DNA from: the human T2T-CHM13v2.0 reference genome, Homo sapiens
Assembly: GCF_009914755.1 (NCBI RefSeq)
Contig: NC_060928.1
DNA length: 64,000 bases
Strand: one strand, 5' to 3'
Below the pieces are notes generated by a model. The model made no database searches. It worked only from the letters and a program-made list of their open reading frames with translations, and had not been told where the DNA came from. The position numbers and the translations under genes are program-made. Of the stretch, positions 13,756-27,608 are shown piece after piece; the first letter of the stretch is position 1, and every line of letters starts with the position of its first letter.

Positions 13756-16700
13756 TTATGCATACTGGCACCTGAATTTTTCCAATTTGCTTTGGATTTT
13801 TGTGCAATACTTAAATATTACTTTCCAGGTTTACAATGACACAGAGATACTTATAGGTAAATTTATCTGCTTGCAGCTTCAGGCTTTAAAGTGCTATTAT
13901 TTTGATTTTCCCATCTTTGGTCTTTCTTCATATAATTTTAACTTCTATTAAAATGGTTTATTTTGTTAAATTCAAACTTCTGGTTTTTGCTTACTCTCAT
14001 TTTCTACTAGTCCTCTATCAAAGGAAATCAATGTATTAGGTCTCTCTATATACATTAGAGCAGGAATAAGCCTGTAGGAGAATATTTAACATTCAGGAGA
14101 GTCGTTCCCAACTGCTTTCCTACATCTGAATATAGTGATTCGAATGAATTCTGACTGCTCTGATTGTCCAGAGACTAAAGAATTAAATTTCCTCCTATGT
14201 TAGCCTTAGACATAAATATATACAGCTCCTCACGTCTTGCCCTTTTCACTAGGTTGTACATTCGCTTATTCAACAGTTATTTATTGACTGCCTGCTAAGT
14301 GCTCCATCCACACTGTGCCAGGCTCTAGAGGACACAGGAAGAAATATGGAGAACATGTTCACTGTTATTATGGCACTTTTATGGCTCCTATGTGTGGACT
14401 TAGTCATTTCTCAGTGACCAGGAAAGTAAGCAGTTCCAAGTAATGACGAAACCATCATGTGACATCTGGGGCTTACACCATGTACTTTGTGGCAGCAGCT
14501 GCTATGTCTTTACTTTCTGTATCCTCAGTTCTTAGCAGGGCACTTGACACTTAATAGGAGGGTAACAAATGTTGCATTGAAAGGAGCATAGAAACGGAAC
14601 TATAGAGCAAGTGAGAACAAAAAGAGAGTTTCAAGAGACACAGTCAATGACACAATCAGGGCAAGTAATCTAACCTGTAGTTACTTAAACATTGTTACAG
14701 TCAGGAACTTAGCTACTTCAATTCACTCTTTAGAGAATGGGCCACCAGAAGATACTCTACATGTTCTTCCATCGAGGCTCCATGTTATATAGGCCATAAG
14801 CCATCACTGGAATAAATGTAGTGGAGAGGTTATAGCACACAACATGAGCGTGGAAACTTACTAAATGCCTTCAAAGGTATAAATAGTACTGAGGATTGAT
14901 AACATTAAGCAGGTGTATTATAATAATTCCTTACTAGTTTGAGTTCCTGTCTGTGCACCAATGGAGGCAGCAACCAAAAGATGAAAAAAAAAACAAAGGA
15001 AATATTAATCTTAATTATCAGTGAGTCAAAAATATTGCAATGAATTTGGAAGTAGCACTAGTTGAAACTTGTCACTTTTTGCTACTTTTTCACAAAAACC
15101 AACCTAAGTATCCTACTCAAATAAGAACAATAAAATGGAAAGGAAAACTTTACATCTGTCTAGAAGTGTTACCAGTATTTTCATTCTTTTGAGCAACAAA
15201 TAGTTCATTTAAAAGTCAAATAAAAAAAATTTTAAAGAATTCATACTGGAAGACTAGTAATAAGAAAAGTGGCAAATATTTTCTCATTATGTTTTGGTAA
15301 AGACCAGAAACATCAACACTTCAGTACTGAACTGTTGATTGTACTTCCCAGTTTTTACTCCTTCCTGAAAACTTTAAGCGGGCTAGGTATGAATGGAAGG
15401 TCTAGCCTGGCCCCTGCATGTGGGAAGGCCTGTGCTGCCTCTTGTGGTCTCATCCTGCATGACATGCTTCAGACAGGCACTCTGGGCTCCTTCGCACCCA
15501 TTTTTATTACTAGCAACAGGATTTCTGTTTAATAGCATGTTTAATGAGTTCTGTGTTCCGCTTTGAAGAAGATGCTAAGATATTTTTCTTCATTTATCTA
15601 AAAATAACATAAATGTTTTGTGTTTATATCCCATAACTTACTTTGATAAAATACCTTTCAAATGTTTTAAATGTCGTGGAGGCAATATCTAGGTGGGACA
15701 AATCCAGTTGGTTCTGTGCTGAGCAGATTATAAGCAGAGACATGATACACCTGTATGTTGCTTTCCTCTTCCCATTTTGGTGTAAAGATCTTGCAAATGC
15801 AATGAAAATTTGAAAAGACACTAATGTAATTTGTGAAAGAGAGTACACACAGTTTGTATGTCTTTGTATACGTATACACAACACTTAGATTGCTGTGTTG
15901 TTTAATTTTTGCTCCTCGACACAGTAAGTGCCTGGGAGACTTTAATGAGTGTTAATACCAACCAAATGACAAGCATTCAAATTAACCTGGATCAGGATCT
16001 GCTAAGACCATCCCAAAGGAAACAACTTCAAAGTTAAGACAAACCCGTTCTCTTGGTACACTTAAAGAAACCAAGTCATCTTGGATTATAGTTCTCCTTT
16101 TTCATGAACAATTAACCTAGAAGAAAAGGAGAAAAATTAATAGGGATGCTGTTAACATTTCTAAATTATTAGCTATAATTTTTTACATTCAATTTATTAC
16201 AATTTGAGAAAAATCATGATACAGATGATACAGATATCTTCCAGCAGCATGAGCCCAGGGTTTCCCACTCCTGAAATTTCACTTCAAAAATGGTGTATGG
16301 GCGGGCCTACTTGTTCCCTATCCACCTGCTGTTCATTTCAATTAGAATGGTATGGCAGAGAGATTCCTACTCAATAAGTTAAAAAGTACATTTTAACCAG
16401 CAAATTAAATTAGTTCAATTCAAAAGATTTAATTATTTTGCATTTCTCCTCCTTTAGAATATAATCAGTTAAAAATCTACATCCTGGGTAAGATGATGTT
16501 GGAACAGGATGCAGAAAAACTGCAATTTGGTCTTTCCTCTCTGCTTTGTCCTTGTATTATTTCAACATGTAGATTTTTTAGGATGTACACATAAGGAAGC
16601 AGAAGTCTTTCCATTTATAACAAAAGGAAACTTGTCAATTGTTCTTTATGTAATTTCATTCCATTTTCCTTCAAAATCAATTAGGCTTATTTTTAATTTA

Positions 16701-16968
16701 CAGTTTATATTGAACATCACCATTGTCAGCAAAAATTAGAATTATTCTTTACAGATTAAAATAATATAAAAATTAGAACAACAACAAAACAGAATTAAAG
16801 GCATTGGTATAAAGTAAAATAACTTTTAAAAACAAGCATTTTACCACCATGCATTTAAATAAAAAAGAGAGATTTTGAGACAAAGCATTACGAAAAACAA
16901 CTTGACAAAGCTTGTTCATCTGCCCCCAATATTTCAAAACATATCTAATCTTCTATTTTAATTTTTAG

Positions 16969-17193
16969 TTTCCTGGTTAGTTTTATGGTGGATGCCCGAG
17001 GTGGTGCTATGCGAGGATGCAGACACAATGGGCTCCGAATCATTATTCCACCTCGGAAATGTACTGCTCCAACGCGAGTCACCTGCCGACTGGTCAAGCG
17101 CCACAGACTGGCAACAATGCCTCCAATGGTGGAAGGAGAAGGCCTGGCCAGTCGCCTGATCGAAGTTGGACCTTCTGGTGCTCAGTTCCTTGG
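16969..17193 (+). CDS. ANK2: Coding exon, first half of ZU5-N ([12 protein letters not shown]...GPSGAQFLG), 225 nt, phase 2-2
   Basis: tttttag| acceptor, GG|gtaagg donor, hallmark ZU5 sequence. Confidence 0.98.
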
Positions 17194-18694
17194 GTAAGGG
17201 TTTCTGATAAACCTCCCACTTAGTCATCGATGAGCTTGTGTCCTCTACATGAAATCACTAGGATGGAATGGAAAAAGGTACGTCAAACCATTTTGAAAGA
17301 GGATCAGCACCAATGACATTTTTAAAATTGGAAGTAGCACCTCAATGCTTGACTCCACTTACACGCCTCTTATTTTAAGGCATTAATGAGTTAAACATTC
17401 AGGTTGAATACCACTTCTTCTTTTTGGATGTTAATAATAGCTGCCAGACCCCCAATGTGAATAACCAGTATTTTAGCCGATGGTAGGTATTATTTTCTCA
17501 TCTGAGAATTAAGTGGTAAAGTCACAAAGAAAAAATTCTGCTCTGTTCCAAGCATAAATGTAAATTCTCATACAGTTATGAAACAGAATCATTATCTTTA
17601 CTTTGGAAAGCAATGTTGCCTTTACAGAATACCTACAAATTTAATCAATGTGATTTTTTTTTCAGCTATCAAAATTGCTACCTTGAGCCTTATCATTACA
17701 TTGGCTATTTAGTCACAGTTTATATTAAGACAAATACATCAAGACTAGCTTCCACCGTGCTCGTTTTGGCAATTTTGAGCAGAATTTAGCATTTCTTCTT
17801 TCTTCTGTTTGTTTGTACGGCTGCTGTTATATTAAGTGGCATTTCATTGTGCCAAGAAATGAATAGCTACAGCTGAAATTAACAAAAGGATGAAGTTTTG
17901 GAGGGGGACAAGTTTCAAAATATTTTGAAACAAATCAATTGTATTTAAGTCTTGGTGCTTGAAATACTGGGAGAAAATCCTAATAATCGTGAACTCTTTT
18001 ACTTTGCCGATGTCATATTGGGAAGAGGATTTCTTGCTTTAGAACTCAGGAAATGTTCTAAAGCTTTGTAATTTGGACCAAACTATTAGCAGATTGCTCC
18101 AAATTATGTTCACACCTGAAAAGGGGTGTGTTTATATTTCCCAATTATAGCAACCACTTCTCATGTCCTCCAGTCAGACAGACCAGAGCTTTACAAGGAG
18201 CCTGTGAAGTTCTGGGTTGCATCAGAAAATGCCATTATGTTTGGAGTAATTCCCCAATGATTCTTTTCATATTCTGTGTCAGACCCTGTTCCCCTCGTGC
18301 TCAGATAGTTTAGGCTTTTTAATAATCTTCAGATCTGTTGGGGAATATGCATGAAAACATCTGGCCTCTGTACAGGGCAGAGTTTTCATTATATTCCCAA
18401 CAGCTTGTCTTTCTTGTGGAGCATTTTTTCCCCCTTTTTGGCTAGTGCCCTGGCGGTGAACCTAATTAGGGACAGACCGGACAGCTAAGTGCTCTCCTTG
18501 CACAGACGCGCCTCCATTGTACACTCTGGGTCTCGGTTCCTTGCTCTTTGTGACCAATGGAGGGGGCAGAACCAAACGCAGTGTGAAACCAAAGTTCACC
18601 CTGTGGATCAGCTGGCGACGCTGGGGTTCTGTGGAAGACAATACCTGAAGCTTACCTATGTTCTTTCTTTCACTGCTGCTTTGGATGTACTCAG

Positions 18695-18793
18695 TAAACT
18701 TCACCTGCCAACGGCTCCTCCCCCACTTAATGAGGGAGAAAGTTTGGTCAGCCGCATTCTTCAGCTGGGGCCTCCTGGAACCAAATTCCTTGG
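18695..18793 (+). CDS. ANK2: Alternative 99-nt exon (KLHLPTAPPPLNEGESLVSRILQLGPPGTKFLG), paralogous to the end of the previous exon
   Basis: tactcag| acceptor, GG|gtagga donor, phase 2-2; similar to [30 protein letters not shown]. Confidence 0.93.
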
Positions 18794-19776
18794 GTAGGAG
18801 TGACTTAAAACAAATTGATGGCTGCTGGCCCCCCATTCTTCTCCTTCTTCTGCAATATGATTTCTCTTTTTTGTCATTGTGCCCATGACATGTCCCTTTC
18901 TATGATTTAAATTCTGTATAACCTATCTTTAGTGGACCATTTCTGACCCTTGTGGTATGTGACTTTTATTTTTGAGTGATGTTTTTATATCTTTCCCCTT
19001 AAAGTGCTGTGACCTTCATTTTCGTTTAAGCATGAGATCTGCCTAGTTGTACTATGTGCTAGTTATGATGTTGTTATGATGAATTTGGAGTCTGTATCAA
19101 AGCAACCTGGACCCAAAAATCAAAACCCTCTACATATTTTGAGAACGAATGTGACCTAAAAATAATAGGGCAGTGCATGTTCCGGATCCTGAATATAATA
19201 GGCATTGGACACAATTGGGCTGTCTGCTGAGGGGCTCAATTAGGGCCACACTGTGTACACATGCCTATTGTTTCCTTGAATGAAGAAAATATAAGCAAAA
19301 ACCACGAGTGCATGGCTCTTTAGTTCACAAGTAGTCAACTTTCTGACATCTCCTCATTTACGACACATCAAATTATGCAATGTGTGAGCCATTTTCCTCT
19401 TAAACCATTTCGTCATTTTGCACCTTGTCGAAAATGTTTTAGGAGATTGGCAGACATCATAGATATGCATGTACATTTCTTTTGGTTAAATGTGTTCTAC
19501 TTACATTTATCAAAGGAGAAGTTCCAGAATGTCACATGCACTCACAGGGAAACATTATTTGGCTTAAGGTAGCAGCATGTACCTGAGGATTGGTGCCCCT
19601 GAGGTGGAGTGCTACTGTGTGACCATCTGCTAGCCAGTGGGCTCCAGGGGATGGCCCACTATGTCCCTGTCCCCAGCAAAAGAAGAATTCCAGGTCACTT
19701 TGCAACAGAGTCGAGGTGCTTGTCTTGCTGTTAGTTAGCTCCTGTCCACACTGAATGTTCTGCATTGCTATGTCAG

Positions 19777-19931
19777 GCCTGTGATCGTGGAGATCCCTCA
19801 CTTTGCGGCCCTTCGAGGAAAGGAAAGGGAACTGGTGGTCCTGCGCAGTGAGAATGGGGACAGCTGGAAAGAGCATTTCTGTGACTACACTGAAGATGAA
19901 TTGAATGAAATTCTTAACGGCATGGATGAAG
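19777..19931 (+). CDS. ANK2: Coding exon, second half of ZU5-N ([33 protein letters not shown]...), 155 nt, phase 2-1
   Basis: tgtcag| acceptor, AAG|gtactt donor. Confidence 0.97.
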
Positions 19932-20010
19932 GTACTTTCAGATGAAGCGTTTTAAAAGAAATCTAAACTGGAAGCATGAAAATGATTCATTTCTTTCTTA
20001 TGACCTAGGG

Positions 20011-20054
<44 letters not shown>
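20011..20054 (+). repeat. (TG)n microsatellite
   Basis: Read directly. Confidence 0.97.
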
Positions 20055-20058
<4 letters not shown>

Positions 20059-21239
20059 TGTGGTATTTTACTACAGCAGGTAATCTGCTTTGCTCCTGTA
20101 GTGATGAGTTGGAATGCACAATACTTTTGCTTAATTTTACTCCTGTTACATTCAGGAAAATAAAAGCCTTGAAGATATCAAACATCTCATTAAAGAGATG
20201 CAGCATGCTTCCATTTTTAGTGTAAACTTTTTTGAGCCGAAAATGAGATAGAATAGATATTGTTGCTTCATAACGAAATGAACTGATACTGGATAATAAA
20301 TCCATGATTTAAAACAATGCCTAACTTGAAACATTAGATATTTAAGATACTGATAAAAAGTGTTAAGCTACTGTGTTGGAAAACTTACATCTACCCATAA
20401 TTAGTAAGTTATAGAATACTATAATTTTTAAACTATTATTAAGGGGGTAGGAAAATTAAGTTCATTCAATTTCCTACCTATAATTCAAACAGGGAGTTAG
20501 CCAGGGTTGAATTGCATACACATACATACACATCTAGTTTAGGAACTTAGTTTTCCATTAGAACTTCAATTGCTGTAAATCTCAACTCTGTCTTGGACTG
20601 CACAAGGTTGTAATATCTCAGTATGAAAAGAGGAAAGCGGCTCTTCCTCAGGTCTCCATAGTTTGCACAGAGAAAAGGTCCTAGACCTAATAGTAGAATT
20701 CACATTCAACTTTAAGTAACTACACAAATAGGGCAAGTTCTTTGCCTGCATGCCAGGAACATACCAAGTTTTGTATACAGCTAGACACTCAAGAGCAAGT
20801 ATAGCTGTTTATCAAGTTCTTGAGTCTTCTGGCACTAGTTTCAGATATGGCTTATGGATAGGAAAGAGTAGCCTGACCATCGCTTCTTTACCATTTCTTT
20901 CTACATCCTACCACGGTTTGAATAAGAATAGAGGCCAGGCTTATCTTATCCAAGGGGTGGATGGAGGAAGAAATTATGCCCTCTAGATATGTTAAGTCAA
21001 TATCTTCTAAGCAAAGAAAAAAATCAGGGTTTTTATTAATAAAAATTGTTCCCTACAATATTTAGCTGCTTCTACTTCTTGGAACCATTCCTTTTGCTGA
21101 CATTTAGGTTTAGGATATTTTCCTCTGAGATATTTACCTATCAATGACACTGCCAGTGAGCATTGGTATCTTGCCCTTGGATGGGGACCCACTCTTTAAC
21201 TTTATTTATTTAAAAATGAGCTTTTTACATGGGTATTAA

Positions 21240-21591
21240 TAGAAAGTTAATAGATTAATTAATCTATTACTAGAAAGTTAATAGATTAATTAATCTATTA
21301 CTAGAAAGTTAATAGATTAATTAATCTATTACTAGAAGGTTAATAGATTAATTAATCTATTACTAGAAGGTTAATAGATTAATTAATCTATTACTAGAAA
21401 GTTAATAGATTAATTAATCTATTACTAGAAAGTTAATAGATTAATTAATCTATTACTAGAAAGTTAATAGATTAATTAATCTATTACTAGAAAGTTAATA
21501 GATTAATTAATCTATTACTAGAAAGTTAATAGATTAATTAATCTATTACTAGAAAGTTAATAGATTAATTAATCTATTACTAGAAAGTTAA
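21240..21591. repeat. 31-bp AT-rich minisatellite, 11 full copies plus a partial one; each unit holds a perfect 22-bp palindrome
   Basis: Unit tagaaagttaatagattaattaatctattac at 21240, 21271 ... 21550, partial at 21581; units 4-5 read tagaagg. Confidence 0.98.
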
Positions 21592-22568
21592 AGATTTGTG
21601 TATGTCTGGAAATTTTAAAAATAAATATAGGCTAGTATTTGCCAGTGCATCAGTCTTCAATCATGTGGAATCAGATCCTGGGACTTTTTACTTTTACTAT
21701 CTAGCTATGCCCAATAATCAAGAAAAACGTAGTTGCTGTTCCTGCCTCTATAATGAATTGTAAATGATTTCTAAAAATGAACAACTTTCCATCACCTCTT
21801 AAAATTCAGTGATCTATATAGTGCACATTTTCTAAATTTAAACTAGTTTGATTTTTTTTGTATTGCCCTGAATATCTACACTAATGCAATTTATAAAGAA
21901 CCCATGATCCCATCCTCTTGATGTTAAATGTTATTTTTGGAAATTTAATGGCATCAGGGGAATATTGAAACCCTGAATTCCTAATCACTGATTTTTTAAT
22001 ATCCACAGTGAGTACCTCAGACACAACCCTTCCACTGGAGTAAACTCATAAACATGACTCTTACTCTTCCAAGATAGATTTTATTCCTGCATTATTCCCC
22101 TGAAAACCCAAAGGGCTATGTTACTTCTTAAAACCACAATAACTTGGATTTGAGCTAACTTTGAAATTTGCAAAGAAAAGGAGCCCAGAAACAACTTCCT
22201 TTCCATCACATGAACCAGGAATAGAACACGTTCATTTCATTCCATATTTGCCCTCATGCCTCTCATTTCAAAGGTGGCCCTGCAATGCTGCACCTAGAAC
22301 TAAATGTTTATCTTTCTCAGTGACCTGGAAAGTCACTGAGAAGAAAGGAAACATGCAAGCTAAATGCTGACAGATCTTGAAATATTGCAATTTTTTGTTT
22401 TCTGGTGTTGTTAGGATAGCCTTGCTTTTTAAAATTGTCCTGTTGTTTCAAAAAAATGTGTTTTGCTGGCACTTCTGTTCATTATTAACCGAGCGAATGA
22501 GTTGGCTAGAATGCTGTTAGAAGGAAATCTTTGCTATGTGAATGAAGGTGGGTCATTTCTTGTCTTAG

Positions 22569-22780
22569 TACTGGATAGCCCAGAAGACCTAGAAAAGAAA
22601 CGAATCTGCCGCATCATCACCCGAGACTTCCCACAGTACTTTGCAGTGGTGTCTCGTATCAAACAGGACAGCAATCTGATTGGCCCAGAAGGAGGTGTAC
22701 TGAGCAGCACAGTGGTGCCCCAGGTGCAGGCCGTCTTCCCAGAGGGGGCACTCACCAAGCGGATCCGCGTAGGCCTGCAG
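22569..22780 (+). CDS. ANK2: Coding exon, ZU5-N end and ZU5-C start ([30 protein letters not shown]...RIRVGLQ), 212 nt, phase 1-0
   Basis: cttgtcttag| acceptor, CAG|gtatgc donor. Confidence 0.97.
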
Positions 22781-23299
22781 GTATGCCCATGTTAGATGCA
22801 AATGATCCTAACAGGATTGTATTCTAATGATTAAAAATTAGCTTTGTCAAGGACTGTTACCTTTGTTTTATAATCACACCAAAAAGGAAGGTAGCATTAA
22901 TGGTAAAGCTAAAGTCAAAATCCATATTTATTGGTTACTAATCTATTTAAAAATTCAACTTATATTTGGACAATTAACCAAAATTAATCTCCAGCTACAA
23001 ATGTTTTCTTCTTGTAAAAAAAAAAAAAAGAAATTAGCTTTTAAATGAGAAATAAATTGTTAAAGAATCAGATTATTCCTAGTAAGCAAGAGCTGCCATC
23101 AGAGATCGTGGATCTTACAAAATTTTATGAGTGCTTAGTAATAATACTGAACTTATGATTGCCATATTTGAAGCCCACCAAACTTATTTGTAAGATAAAA
23201 AATACTTTGGGGAAGAAATTTGAAATTAAGTATAATGATTCATTCTTTATTTTAAAATATATACACAAATATATATGTGTGTGTTTTTACTTTGAAAAG

Positions 23300-23504
23300 G
23301 CTCAACCTATGCACAGTGAGCTGGTTAAGAAGATCCTAGGCAACAAAGCTACCTTCAGCCCTATAGTCACTTTGGAACCTAGAAGAAGAAAATTCCACAA
23401 ACCAATTACCATGACCATTCCTGTCCCCAAAGCTTCAAGTGATGTCATGTTGAATGGTTTTGGGGGAGATGCACCAACCTTAAGATTACTATGCAGCATA
23501 ACAG
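23300..23504 (+). CDS. ANK2: Coding exon, ZU5-C ([35 protein letters not shown]...LLCSIT), 205 nt, phase 0-1
   Basis: tttgaaaag| acceptor, CAG|gtgagt donor. Confidence 0.97.
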
Positions 23505-25225
23505 GTGAGTCACATATGACTGTGTTCGTAGAGAGTTCTGAAAAAAGAAACTTAGATCGTTGTAAATATTAAATTACCTTTGTCATAAGATGTCTGCAGG
23601 GTCATATGCATTAATTCAGGGAATACATTTTAATTAACTAGGGAAATGAAAGGTGAAAGGAAACAACTATTATTTACTAAATGAAGTCTGTATGCCAAAC
23701 TGTTAGATAGTTTATATGCGTTGTCATTCTAATCTCCACAGTAACCCTGTGAGGAAACTTTAACCCCGTGTTGCTGAGAAGGAAACCATGGTTGAAAGAA
23801 GTTCTATAACTTGCACTATAAATATTTGGTGGTGTTGGGATTCAAAACCACACCCATATGTCTCCAAAGTTCAGGCTTCAAGCCTTCATTGAAGAGATCA
23901 CTAAATCTGCTGGGAAAAAAAATACTGTCTTGAGTAATTATACCCAATAGTTCAAACCAAACTGTTATGTTATGGAATTGGTTATGTCTTTATCATTGAT
24001 CTATTGAACTAACTTTAGAAAAACAACTTAAAGGTTTTCAGTGATTAACTGATTTTTGGTCTTTTCAATTGTGGTTGTGTAGTCGCTTTCAGACAGCTAC
24101 CAAACTCTCCAAAGACACTCCCAGAACGTTGGTAGTCTCTTCATAACAATGCCATCACAAATAGTGAGAGGCAAAAAAATTCACATGAATAATCTGTTCT
24201 AGGGCTAAATAATTTAACTGATAATTTCTCTATCAATAATTACATGGTGTTGGTATTCAGTAAATATTAGTACTATTATTAGTAGGAACAGTAATCATCC
24301 CTGGATGTTTTTGTATTGTTAGAATTATTATTTTCATTTCTCTTTCATATTGGCAGAATGTTCACCTTTATTTTGTTTTCTTTAATTCACCCTTCTTACT
24401 CGTATGTTTCTTGTAGTTATGATAGAGAACCACGAGATTATTCCATAAGTTTAATAATAATGAGTGGGGGGAAATCATATGCTTCACTTATGATCTCTTT
24501 CCCAGTTGCTCATTTTTGGTTATTGCTATCATTTCTGGGTATCTTTCCCATAATTCCAGCCCCGTAGATATATGATTAACCTTCTATAATGTGCAATATA
24601 ATGTCATGGATGTGAAATAGGTGAGGCAGAAGAATATCTGTGATACGCTCTGCCCTTATAGTGATTAAATAAACACTCTAGGGGCCTAAACACCATCTAC
24701 TCTATTTATTCCAGCACAATGTCTTTAGACAGGTTTCTCATAAACATTTCTGAAATTTAATTAAAATTATTTTAAAAATTAACAAATAATTTAATGTATT
24801 AATTGTTTAAATACCTAGATATTTGAGTCTTTGTATTTTTCTGTGTCATGTAGTTATGCTGAGTATGTATTTTAAAGGCCTACTAGAATAAACTTCCATA
24901 AACTTTCTTTGATAACTTGTTCTCTTCTTTAAGAAACTTTAGAGTCAAGACTTTTCTTCATTTCAAACATATATTCCTCCTACAGCCCTTTGAACTAAAA
25001 TTTTGTCCTTATCTATGTGATCTTAATTTCTCAGTAGACATGAAAGACAGGTAGTCACCATTAGCCTTCATGGTAGTTTTTCAATGTACAGGGGCCATCC
25101 TTTGATATTCATTTATTTTTTCATTTACCTTGCAATATTTATTGAGCTCTTACTATTTCACAAACATTTTTTGGCTAAACTTTTATTGCACATCGAGAGG
25201 AACTTTTTTGAAAACAATTTCATAA

Positions 25226-25571
<346 letters not shown>

Positions 25572-25948
25572 GATTGTTCACTGTTTTAACAAACTGTTCA
25601 GCTCCTTAGGTGGTCAAAGGATATTTAAAAATAATCAGCTGTATACAATTCAAAATTATCTTCAGAGCCTTGCAATTATAATAAAAGCTTCAGAATGTCA
25701 GGAAGAGAACAGAAGGCTTAATAAACACTTATTCAAATAACTACCCTAAAACTTAGTTTCTTGAGTGGTAGTCTGCTGTTTGTTTTCAGTGTGTCATTTT
25801 TTAGCATGTAGATTTTAGTCATTTTGTTTTCAATGTGCCATTTTGAGGGGTGGGATTTGGCTTGTGAACACAGAACCACAAAGACTTTATTTTAGAATCT
25901 AGAGTCTGGAGTTTTGCCTGATTTTTTTCAACAATCATATTATTTCAG

Positions 25949-26045
25949 GTGGAACCACCCCTGCCCAGTGGGAAGATATTACAGGAACTACGCCATTAAC
26001 ATTTGTCAATGAATGTGTTTCCTTTACAACAAACGTGTCTGCCAG
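25949..26045 (+). CDS. ANK2: Coding exon ([33 protein letters not shown]), 97 nt, phase 1-2
   Basis: tatttcag| acceptor, CAG|gtatcg donor. Confidence 0.97.
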
Positions 26046-27099
26046 GTATCGTTATATAGCACAGAAAAGCCCACTATGATATGTTACCCTCCAAAAAAAC
26101 TGCCCTTTGTTTTATTTTGTTTCTTTATTGTTTAAAAGTTATTTTTTCATTGGATTTTAAATATGGTCTGCCTTTGCTTTTATATTTTAAACTAGATCTG
26201 TCAGCAAGTGGAATAGTGATAATACAGTAACAAAGTATTACCAATCCGATTAAAATCTAAGGAAAAGGAGCGATTGTCTGCTTTGCCTGTATGATTCTGA
26301 CTTAGTCAGTAGCAGCTGCTGCTTTTTCCACTTCCAAAGTCCTTAGGAATGATAATTTCCTGTTGTCAGCAAAATAGCCTGAACTACTTTTCCAACAGAA
26401 TGATAACAGCACAAATCTCACCGTGGTTTGTCTAAAAGGCTTAGAGGCTTCAGTGGCTCTTATATACATTTCTTATTTATGTATTACATATCTTTAAAAC
26501 GATGAAGCTATCTAGTTTTATTGCTTATGCACACAATAACTCAATTGATTAAAGTTAGCTCCCATTCCTTTGATCTTTAATTGATTGCTAAGCATTGTTA
26601 CCTCTCTTTAACTTGACATTACAACTTTGTGACTTAAGTAGGGCAAGAGACATTATGTCCATTTTACAGATGAGAAAACTGAAGTTGAGAGTAATTAAAA
26701 CGTACATTTCTATTTGGGGTGGAGGAGAAAACATAAAAGTGCATGAATAGTTAAGTAATGGCATAGCAATAGTTGGGTGTGGTGGCACATGTTTATAGTT
26801 CCAGCCACCCAGAGGCTCAACTATTGAGTCCGCAGTTCTGTGTTTCAATGTGTTTTGCCAATTTAGCATCTATACTGTAATCCAGAAGATGACATGTTCT
26901 GAATAAGAGATATAGACCAGAGGGACTAAAAGAATGAGAGAAGGGTGTTCGAATTGGGATAGCTAGAGAGGGTATCTGAGAAGAGGTGACTCGAGACATG
27001 TGTTGGAACCTAATAGGCAGATAAAAGTGAAAAAGAGAATAACATGAGCAAAGATGCAAAGATAGAATGAGAAGGTGTAGTGGGGGATAGCAACAATTA

Positions 27100-27464
<365 letters not shown>

Positions 27465-27529
27465 ATCTAGGACTGTTGGTTGCCAACACTTTATAAAAGG
27501 TCTTACAGGGTAGATTAAGAAGTGATAAA

Positions 27530-27608
27530 TCACTGCACTCCAGCCTGGGCGACAGAGCGAGACAACGTCTCAAAAAAAAAAAAAAGAAAAACAAACAAAA
27601 AAAACAAA
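27530..27608 (+). mobile_element. Isolated Alu 3' end (~42 nt) plus A-rich tail
   Basis: tcactgcactccagcctgggcgacagagcgagac...tctc followed by poly(A). Confidence 0.85.

Noticed and set aside
19942-20305. ORFs with VCVCVC or HTHTHT runs
   Set aside because: Translation of the TG microsatellite
21240-21591. CRISPR-like array of palindromic repeats
   Set aside because: Linkers are 9 bp and essentially identical, not unique spacers; no cas genes; mammalian intron
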